Shown one piece after another: positions 54,401 to 64,000 of a stretch of 64,000 nucleotides of DNA. Source of the stretch: Cycas panzhihuaensis (taxonomy: Eukaryota > Plantae > Cycadophyta); assembly GCA_023213395.1 (NCBI GenBank), contig CM041465.1, positions 225,439,741 through 225,503,740 of the forward strand. Reading direction: 5' to 3'. Position numbers and translations under genes: made by a program. Under the pieces are notes generated by a model, which was not told where the DNA came from, did not search any database, and was given only the letters and a program-made list of their open reading frames with translations. Positions within the stretch are counted from its first letter, which is position 1; every line of letters starts with the position of its first letter.

Positions 54401-57400
54401 GCGAGATGAAGTTCGCATTTTAATGGTTAAAGCCAAATTGTATTATGTAAAGTTTGTCAAGCCAATGTTGGTTTTTCTTTCCTCCATTAAGGAGGTATGT
54501 AATGAGTTGAATACGCTAGGTAGTCCAGCAACGAGAGATGAATTGATCACATCTATCACCAAAGCTTTGCGAAAGGACTACAATGGCTTCATTTCATCTA
54601 CTACAAGAGATGGTTCTCTCAAAAGAATGACATTCAATGAATTTGAAAGTCTACTACTTCAAGAAGAACAAATCTACACCAAAGATAATAAGGAGGAACC
54701 ATCTATATCAGGTGCATTCACGACCAACTCAAAGGCCAAGCAGAACCTCAAACCTGCACTCTCAAAGTAGTTTGGGAACATGAACATTGGGTCTTCAAGG
54801 ACCAATGCTGTATGTCATTATTGTGGCAAACCTGGCCACATAGCACCTGATTGTCGAAAAAAACAAGCAGATCTACGTCAACAACAGCAGCAACCACGTC
54901 AACCAAATCAACGACAGTAGTAGCCATGTCAGCAATACTAACAAAGATTCCAATAGCAACAACAACAGTAGCACCGACCCTCTTGACTAAATCGAGGTGC
55001 CTATCAAGGAGGTCAAAGAGGAAGGGGGGGTTTTAGAGGTGGCAATCAACGCCACTTTAATTAGTTTGCAGATGAAGACAAACTGTTTTGTGCATATCAA
55101 ACATCCAAGGTTGATGAAACTTGGATTATTGATTCTGGAGCTTCACAACACATGACTGGAAGTGAAGAGCTCCTCACTGACATCAAGGAAGGTAAAGGTC
55201 AATCAGTGACCTTTGGGAACAATCAATCTATTAAGATTTCTGGAATAGGCACAATAACTCCATTTCATTCTTTATCAAATCCTTCCTCTTCATTTCCCGA
55301 TGGCAATGCCTACTTCATACCTTCAATGGACAAGAACTTACTATCTGTTAGCAAGTTGGACAAGCAATGATGATGAGTGTCTTGTTCAGAAATGGGAAAT
55401 GTGCAATCAGTGACAAAGATGACCAAGTAGTAGCTGTTGGCTATGAGGATCAAGGGCTCTACAAATTGGATGCAAATAATATAACACTTGATTCTGCTTA
55501 CTCTGGTTCAATTGTCACTCCATACTTGTCCAAGATGCAACTTTGGCATCAACGTCTAGGCCATTTGAGCTTAGACAATTTGAGGCAGATGATCAACAAG
55601 AATATGGTACATGGGCTTCCAAAGATATATGGCACAAAATGTCTTTGTGAAGCGTGCATTATGGGAATTCAACATCGCTTGCCTTTCCCTAAGGCAAAGC
55701 GTGGCGTGCATCATATTCTTTGCAGTTGGTACATTCGGATTTGTGTGGATCTATGTCCACCGCATCTTTTGGAGGAACTTTGTATTACATCTCCTTCATT
55801 GATGACTTTTCTCACAAAGTTTGGGTCTACTTCATCAAGCACAAGTTTGAAGTTTTTTCCAAATTCAAAGAATTCAAGCTTGAAGTAGAAAATGAGTCTA
55901 GCCACTCAATCAAAACATTAAGGACAGACAATGGAGATGAATTCACTTCAAATGAATTCACCCAATACTGCAAGGATAATGGCATTAAGAGATAACTGAC
56001 TATTCCTCACACTCCTCAACAAAATGGGGTCTCCAAGCGAATGAACAGAACTTTGGCTAATAAAGCCAAAGCAATGATGCGTGCACAAGGACTCACTCGA
56101 GCTTACTAGGCAGAAGCATTTCACACAGCTGCCTATGTGGCCAATCGCAGTCCAACTACAACAGTCACCAATATGACACCCGAGGAGGCATGGTCTGGCA
56201 AAAAGCCTACTGTCAGCCATTTGAGGACTTTTGGGTGCACTGCTTATATGCACATTCCCAATCAGCAAAGGAAGAAATTAGACAAGCATAGTCTAAAATG
56301 CATCTTTGTAGGATATGCCATTCACAGCAAAGCCTACAAGTTGTATGATTCCATAGAAAAGAAAATGCTTCTCTCAAGAGATGTCATCTTTGCTGAAGAA
56401 GATCACAAGGAGTTACAAACAACATCCATGCAACCTCCCATTGACAAAGGCAAGAAGATTGTTGAGGCCTTTCTTTCCTCTCAATCCTTTACACCATGTA
56501 CATCATCTGCACCTGCTGGACCGTCTACATCAACTGATTTTGCTCCACTTGATCCAAGCACATCTTCTGTTGATCAACCACTTAGACCAGAAGATCTTGA
56601 GGTTCAAGTTACTTCGATTCAAAAGTTACCAAAATGGTACACACAAACAGTTCAGGATGGTCACATCATTAAAGGAAAACGTCCATCAGAATATCGGCAG
56701 CAGACCAATTATGCACTTATGGCTGAAGTGCTTTGTGTTGATGAGCCTTCCACTTTTGAGGAGGCTTCTAAAAATGAAAATTGGAAGGCTGTCATGGATG
56801 AAGAAATCCATTCTATTAAAAAGAATGGTACTTGGGATTTGGTTGAATTGCCTAAACACAAACAGGCAATCGGTTGCAAATGGGTCTACAAGACCAAATT
56901 CCATTCTGATGGTTCACTTAAGCGGCAGAAAGCTCGCCTTGTGGCAAAAGGATTCAAACAAAAAGAAGGCATAGACTATGAGGAGACTTTTGCACCAGTG
57001 GCAAATATGAACACCATTAGACTCATCTTGGCCTTAGCTGTTCATTGCAAATGACCAGTCTATCATATGGACGTGAAGAGCGCCTTTCTTAATGGCGATC
57101 TTCAGGAGGAGTTATACTTGGACCAACCTCCCGGTTACAAAGTACAAGGCAAGGAGCATTTTGTATGTCGCCCGAAAAAGGCGTTATGTGGATTGAAACA
57201 AGCTCCAAGAGCATGTTACTCAAAGATCGATGATTACTTCTTGAGACATGGGTTTCATCGATCTACTTCAGATTTTAATTTGTATATAAAACATGAAAAG
57301 AACCATGTCATTTTTGTCGCCTTGTATGTAGATGACTTAGTGATCATTGGCAGTGACACTAAGATGATACACATTCTCCAAGATGACTTGAAGAGAAGTT

Positions 57401-58837
57401 TCGAGATGACAGATTTTGGACTTCTCTATTATTTTTTAGGCTTTGAGATATGGCAACAACTAGGCTATATCTTCATCTCCCAAGTGAAATATTCTTGGGA
57501 CATTTTGCAGCGGTTCAGGATGCAAGACTACAAACCAACGCCTACACCAATGGAGAATGGATCTAAGCTTACTCTGAATGAGGAAGTTGCACCAGTAGAT
57601 CCCACACTTTATCGGCAGTTGATTGGGAGCCTCATTTATCTCACCAACACTCGACCGGACATTTCATTTGCAGTTGGGATTTGCTCACGATACATGTCTC
57701 AACCCAATCAGATACATTGGAGTGCAACTAAACGCATACTTAAACACATCAAAGGCACATTGTAGCATGGTCTTGAGTATGCGCATAATGAGAACTTCAC
57801 TCTGGAAGGGTTCTCAGATTCTGATTGGGCAAGTTGTCAAGATAGCAGGAGATCAACCTCAGGATACTATTTTTCTTTTGGTTCAGCAATTGTTTCGTGG
57901 AGTTGCAAGAAGCAACCCAATGTTACCTTGTCCTTCAATCAAGGTAGTACAAAGTCGGCCATGACAAATTGTCAAGCTATCTGGCTACGATGGATTCTTG
58001 GGGAACTTGGACTTGAGCAAAATCACCCCACCAAGATATATTGTGACAATCAAAGTGTACTCAAGTTAGCCAAGAATCCAATTTTTCATGCACGGACAAA
58101 ACACATCGAGGTTCACCATCACTTCATCAAAGAGCATGTGCAGAATGGTGAGATCAACCTCCAAAGATAGACCTCTGAGGAGCAGCATAACAGATATCTT
58201 TACCAAGTCTCTTGGTAGAGAAAAGTTTGTAAAATTCGTAGATGGTATTATTGGTGTCCGACTTAACATTGTAAATGTGAAGGGGGTGTTAAACCTTATG
58301 TTTATATGTTAAGATAATGTACTTTAATTTTTATGTAATATGTGCACTTTTGTACTTTAGGGGTGACTTATCACTAAGTGATAAAGTGCACACCCACATT
58401 CTTTCTAGTGACACAACGTTGTCACTAAAGGTTCAAATGGACCCTCATGCATTTTTGCTCACATGAGAGCTCAAAAGGACACGTCCTACATGCAAAGCAT
58501 GTATCTTGGATGTTTGACACTTGCCAAACATCCAAGGCCTTAGGTCTCTCATTTCACTCTATATAATGAGACCTCTTCTCATTGTCTCATAAGAGAGTTG
58601 GAGCTGTATTGTTATGCTGTCAATTTGCTAATAAAACTGTTTATTCTTTGGAGGTTGGACCAATTCCAACTCCACACATTTGGTATCATTTCTCTTGCTC
58701 CTTCATTTTATGCTTTGTCTCTTATGCTTTCTTTCATCTTGAGAGTATTATACTTGTTAAGTATTTGCGCTTCTAGAACTAGAGTGATCCTAGCTTCTGG
58801 ATCTTGGGAATGTGAGGCCATTAGGCCTCTTTTCACA
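51494..58837 (+). mobile_element. Ty1/Copia element E
   Basis: LTRs 51494-52043 and 58287-58837. TSD catga at 51489-51493 and 58838-58842. PBS tggtatcagagc 52046-52057; PPT gaaggggg before 58287. Confidence 0.95.
54075..58260 (+). pseudogene. Copia E gag-pol relic
   Basis: gag 54162-54770, CHYCGKPGHIAPDC knuckle, WIIDSGASQHM, LWHQRLGH, VHSDLCG, YVDDLVI and FHARTKHIEVHHHFI. Frameshifted. Confidence 0.92.
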
Positions 58838-61260
58838 CATGATGGAGGTTTACATCCCATTGCTTATTGTGATGTTAAAAAAATTTGAGAGCTTGAACTA
58901 GTGTCCTGTTAATCACCTTGGTTTGGCCATTGGTTTGTGGATGGAATGATGTAGAGAATTTGAGCTGACATCTGAACATTTTCCATAAGGGTTGCCAGAA
59001 ATGACTTAGAAAATGGCTATATTTTTCCTTCATCTATTAATTGTGGAAGTTGTCTTTCTATCTCCGTTTTAGTAACAAGTGTGGCTCTATATGGAGCTTG
59101 ATTAGGTAAGGATGCACCAGGGGAAAGATCAATAGTATGTTGAATTGCCCATATGGGAGGTAGTCCCTTTGGCTTGTGAAATATATCGACATACACATCC
59201 AAAATAGTTTTTATTGCTGCTAGCGGAATTTTATTACAATTATCTATTTTTGCTTGGTGAGTGATACAAAGAGCCATGGATTTGGAGGTGTTGACCAACT
59301 TGGTTGCTTGATTGCTTGTGAGTAAGGTGACAGTGGTGGGTGGCGTAGTTGCTGCTGTCAATTTGTATTCCTTGCCATCCTTATGTATTGTATAGGTATT
59401 AAGATATTCGTTGTAGGGGGCTTGACGATCATGTTGATATGGTTGGCCAAGTAGTAGATCGCCTACAGTCCATAGGTGTCACATTCCAGTCGACGAGATC
59501 TATGAGTGGTGGTATGGCAAAAGTAATAGTGCATGCATAGTTAATGATTGTAGGTTTCCACTAGCAGTGATCCAACCAAGGGTATATGGCCGTAGATGTG
59601 GCTTGGTAGATAGCTGTAGAGTATCCACAATTGCTTTAGAAATCAAAAATTTCACATGCCATTATCTATGATGCAATGTGCTATTTGATCTTTAATCTAG
59701 CAAATGTGAGTGAATAGCTTTTCTTGATTGTGTATTGAATATTTTTGGCCATGAGTATTGGATTTGGATCGAGTGTTTCTGGATTGGTAAGAGGAATGGC
59801 TTCTGGCTGTGCTTGTTCGTCTTGTAGCTCTATCATGAGTGCCCTTGTTTTTTGTTGGGCCCTGCATTCAATGTTTGTGTGTCTTGTATATTTGTGGTAG
59901 AAGCAATACTTTCTTGTGCTACCTACTGGCCGTTGTGGGCGTGGTGTGGACTGTGCTTTAGAGGACGAAGCTGCAGTGGAAGCCCCAATGAACAACTTAG
60001 GCCGTTTTTGTATTTTTGCTTCTATTTTGAAAGTGAGTTGGAAGGCTGCCTCTAATGTTGGAATTTGAAATAATTCCATCTCCTGATGGAGATATGGAAA
60101 AGTCCTCGAATGAATTTAAGTTTCAAGATATGGTCGGGGTCATTGACTTCCAACCTGATGTAAAGCCTTAGGAATTCATCAATGTATTGCTGAACAGATT
60201 GTTTGAGTAGTTGTCTAATGTGTAATCGACGTTTTGTGAGGTTATCAAGATACCCTAGTGGGTAAAAACACCCTTTAGTGGCTGTTGTGAAGTCATTCCA
60301 GGTAAAAATTGGTTGTTGCCTGGAAAAAGCTTGCCACCATGTCACACCTTGTTTTGCCATATGCACCGTTGCTACCATGAGCTTGTATTGCTCAGTTAGC
60401 TGTTGTGTTTTGAAGTAAGCTTCTAGGCTTCAAAGCCAATTGTCCAATTTATTTGTACTCATTCAGTTGCCGTGTACCTTGTCCAATTTATTTGTACTCA
60501 TTCAATTTATTTGCCTCCAAATTCTCTAAGTACTTTGATTTATAGATCGAAATAGATCTAGAGGAGGCTTAAGAAACTTACAGATGTAATCTTGATGAAG
60601 CAATTCGAATTTCTATGCAAAGACAAAGCCGTAGACACAGGTCTGTATATCTGCCAATGAAGCTTGCACAATCAAACATGGTTGGAGCACGACGAGCCAC
60701 TGGAGAGGAAAAACATAGGGGATTCACTTCAAAAAGACAAATCTCATCAGAGAATTTTGTCTTTGATACCAATTGATGTAAGTACATCAAGAGGAGGGCG
60801 GAAGAAAGAAAGCACCAAGAGGAAATTGCGAACTCTGAAGTGAATATTTCATTATTTTCTCCAAGTATAAATACATGAGTGAGAGACTCACATGATGGAC
60901 ATTTGTTGTCCATGCTTTGCATTCTCTACCTAACTGTTATTAAAGAATAAAGAATAAGAAAAGAATGATTTGTACATGAAAGAATAGATATAAAGAATAC
61001 TTTGTAACCACTTCTTTGTAACTATTCATCAATCTAATTGGAATTGTGCAACTGCTTTATGACTGTCAAGTTTTGGTGGTTCCTTTGTAAAGGTTTTCAC
61101 TTTTTGTATTGGATGCAATTCTCATTTTTGTCACGAAGTTTGATATTTAGCCTTACAGTAGAGAGTTGAATTCATAGCTTTGTCCAGCCCTCTTGGCTGC
61201 ACTGATTGCGCATGGGCTACAGCTATAAGTTAGTAGTTGGCCATCGCTATTCTTTAAATA

Positions 61261-61410
61261 ACGGAGTTCAGTCCACTTGTCTTTCTTAGTCTTGGTTGTA
61301 CTCATTTTTAACAGAGTTCAATCCACTTGTCTTTCTTAGTCTTGGTTGTACTCATTTTTAACAGAGTTCAATCCACTTGTCTTTCTTAGTCTTGGTTGTA
61401 CTCATCTTTA
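61261..61410. repeat. 50-bp tandem repeat x3 inside the PPR-like array
   Basis: ac(a/g)gagttca(a/g)tccacttgtctttcttagtcttggttgtactcat(t/c)ttta starts at 61261, 61311 and 61361. Confidence 0.95.
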
Positions 61411-62586
61411 ATCACAATTCACCAAATTCATTCTAAGATTTGAATGATTCTTCTTTATCCAAACAGTTTTCTTCATCAATCTTCTGACAACCATCATATG
61501 CAATTCATTTTAGGTGGAACGTGGGAAGTTCTGCTTTTGTGTCCTATCTGATTTTGGAGCCTGAACCAAACCATGAATACTGCTTATGCTTGTAAAATCT
61601 GAACTTAAGGTTATAGCTCCATGTTTCAACCTGAAAAGTTAAAAATTTGTACTCATTTTGTCTGTCTTCTCCAGTTTGTTTGGCCCTTGATGTTTCTGTA
61701 TTGGGGAAAAATCTTGAGAGGAACTTATTTTGGTGCTCTGTGCTAATAAATGTTGATTTGATCATACAGATAACAGATATGGATGTTGAGGTCCATACAT
61801 TTCTTGTAAAGTTGCATAACCTCATAGAAAATCTCATGTGAGAAGATCTGAACTGGAAGAAAGGGCTTCCATTTTATCAAAAGTTGACTATTTGGATGTT
61901 GTTGGGTTTTCATACCTTTGTGCTGTCAATCAAGAAGAGGTGTTCATTAATTTATCCCAACTTGTTTGGGATCACCTTTATAATGCATTAGAGCTTATGA
62001 TTTCGACTTCATTAACTCTTGATAAAATAATTTGGGGGACTGTTTCTTCCATAGTGGAAATCAACAATTTTGGGAACCTTTTTTCTGCCTCTTTTCCAGC
62101 TTTAATGTTATTTTTCTTGGTTGCACTTATGTGCTATAGTGATAAAATCAGCTGCAAAACAGCAAGGAAAGATCCAAATGATTTTCTTTTTATGTTTCAA
62201 GAAGATTTTGGCTTCAAACTAGGCAGAATCTTTAATGAAAAAACAACAGCAGCTGGGATGAATATATTTTGCAGAGGCAGTCTTAAACAAGCCATTGGTT
62301 ACACACTGGAAACTTGCCTTGCAAGCAAATGCCTTTGCAAGTATTTCTATGATAAATACTGATTAGTAGAATGCATCCTGAAATATTCTTTGGCCAATAA
62401 TAATCATTATTGGCCGTTTTCACCATTGTTTTTACCAGGGGACAAATCCCCCTGTTAATGTATGGCAGGCAGAAAATGCTTGAAACTTGGGATTGGTCTT
62501 GCTGTCAAACCTCTATTTGGCCAAGATTACTAGGCAATGTTCTTAGAAGTCATGAATACTCTGCTGATGTCAATGTGCACAATTTT

Positions 62587-63350
62587 AGAACTTGGAATTA
62601 GTGAATCGAGGTAGTAGATGGAGTTTATGGAAGAGAAAATGTTGCGAACGTCACGGTTGCATGCATGAACAAACATTTATTTGTGGAGTCTTATGGCTGC
62701 TTACTAACACTGCACATTTCCAATGTTCACCTCACATTCAAGGCATACGAGTTGGATAATATACTTCGGTCCATCCTGCATGGTCGTGCTCTTTCTGCAA
62801 CTTCATTGCAGCATGGCAGCATCGTGATAACAACAAACTTTATGAGTTGTGGATGAGTTTTGTTCTATTTCCTCTCAATTGTTATAAATGTTCTTCCAGG
62901 ACCAAAATGTTACTCGAGTAGGGCACCTGCGAGCATGCATCAGAACTTGGAATTAGTGAATGGATGTAGTAGATGGACTTATGGAAGAGAAAATGTTCTT
63001 GTGTTGCACGTCTTCACAAGTAGGTATATGCTACAGCAGCAAGATGGTAACAATCAGTGACTGTGAAGTCTGTGGGCACATACACAAATAAACATTTATT
63101 TGTGAAGAGTTATGACTGATTTACTAACTCTGCATATTCTCAATGTCCACCTTACATTCAAGACACATAAGTTGGATAATGCATTTCGGTCTATCTTGCA
63201 TGGTAATGTTCTTTCTGGCAACTTCATTGCAGCATGGCAGCACTATGATAACAGTAAACTTTGAGTTCTAGATGAGTTCCCTTGTATTTCCTCTCAGTTG
63301 TTATTAAGTGTTCTTCTGAGGATCAAGGCACTACTAAGTAGTGCACCTGC
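62587..63350 (+). repeat. Diverged tandem duplication (units ~355 and ~410 bp)
   Basis: agaacttggaattagtgaat at 62587 and 62942. Both units contain gcaacttcattgcagcatggcagca and end in gcacctgc. Confidence 0.9.
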
Positions 63351-63352
63351 AA

Positions 63353-64000
63353 TTGCCTATATACAAGTGAATTTCTTCAATTCTAGAACCAGAAAAGCTA
63401 GGCGAAGGAAGGTCCTGCTGTAGTCCCAAACTGATTATGCATATTTAAAATCACGGAGTTCAAACAACTAGTAGCTGGTCTTGGTTGAATTCATTTTTAA
63501 TCATAATTCAACAAAATAGTTTACGATATTATTTGAAGATTTGAATGATTCTCTTTTACCCAAATTATTTTCTTTGGGGACCACTGCAACCGTTAGATTG
63601 TCTGCATCCAAGGCCAGTTTGCCAAGATTAGTTAAGATTTATAACCACTGGGCTTAAGAATTGTATCTAATACTATTGGCATTCCAATGCATGATTTTTC
63701 AATTTCCCAATATTCAGAAGAAGGTTTGTATCACGTGTGTTCACACTTAAGAATTTTACATCTGCCTTGTGACTGTCTAATTTTGATGGTTCCTCCTTAA
63801 ATCTCTTCACTCCTTGAAATGGATTAAATTTTCATTTTTGTTGTGAAGTCTGATCTTTAGTCTCAGAGTTGAGAGCTGAATTTATAATCTTGTCTGTTCA
63901 TATTGTCTGCATTGATTGCATATGGACTTCAAGTTTCCAACTAAGTTAGTAGGTTCATATACTTGTGGATTTCATCAATTATAGAACCAAAATTGATAGG
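63353..64000 (+). repeat. High-similarity direct copy of 42668-43316
   Basis: Collinear match from ttgcctatatac to atcaattatagaaccaaaa..gatagg, with long identical runs. Confidence 0.92.

Larger units (their letters stand above)
43457..61031 (-). mobile_element. Truncated Ty3/Gypsy element G: 5' LTR present, RT/RNase H largely deleted, 3' LTR lost; host to Copia D and E
   Basis: LTR 60774-61031 (tgatg...catca) and Met-PBS complement ctttgatacca at ~60761-60771. gag 60052-60378 (TWNDF...FYPLGY...QSVQQYIDEF). RT start 59017-59361 (QHTIDLSPGASLPNQAPYR). IN pieces: FLSHFW...[12 protein letters not shown] (~58920-59015), HVQHNYNQTIHRSTGHSPF (51400-51493) and FHISDKVWIYL...KLKPIRFGPYTI (43543-43650). 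Confidence 0.88.
61032..64000 (+). pseudogene. Fragmented PLS-class (E-subgroup) pentatricopeptide-repeat-derived sequence, non-coding, internally duplicated; runs off the window end
   Basis: 61973-62068 HLYNALELMISTSLTLDKIIWGTVSSIVEINN aligns by eye with the S2/E1 consensus GHL.EA.ELI.SMP..PD..IWG.LLSACRIH.N. Further PPR-like fragments: KNLERNLFWCSVLINV (~61706), LLMYGRQKMLE (~62450), TNIYLWSLMAAY (62669), ELDNILRSILHGRALSATSLQHG (~62750). No continuous PPR ORF. Confidence 0.6.

Noticed and set aside
60437-60510. Short direct duplication (ttgtccaatttatttgtactcattca) in the Gypsy gag 5' region
   Set aside because: Ordinary slippage-type decay; no further significance evident.
61838-62362. 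174-aa ORF as a functional gene
   Set aside because: GTG start and only a short PPR-like patch; the surrounding motifs are in other frames with stops.

Overview
AT-rich plant nuclear DNA with the nested-retrotransposon architecture of a large genome (gymnosperm-like; the taxon is my inference). The only intact host gene is a two-exon mitochondrial acyl carrier protein (mtACP1-like, 9087-9907, +). Most of the rest is retroelements, with boundaries fixed from LTR ends, PBS/PPT and target-site duplications (TSDs): a non-autonomous Copia (1145-5713), a tRNA-derived SINE (7001-7166), a decayed Gypsy (~14.1-19.4 kb), a three-level Copia nest (A 19605-34809 > B 22438-32090 > C 25111-30367), a full-length RNase H-bearing L1 LINE (35217-41396), and a truncated Gypsy (43457-61031) carrying two back-to-back Copia elements (D 43788-51399, E 51494-58837). 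All TE reading frames are broken. The most interesting non-TE signal is at ~42.0-43.5 kb and 61.0-64.0 kb. It is a non-coding, internally duplicated array (~600 bp period, plus a second ~355-410 bp unit) whose residual translations look like scrambled PLS-class PPR motifs, and the Gypsy/Copia block splits it in two. It is a candidate PPR-derived small-RNA (TAS-like/PHAS) locus, which I cannot confirm from sequence alone. A hairpin-dense, self-complementary segment just downstream of the ACP gene is also unexplained.
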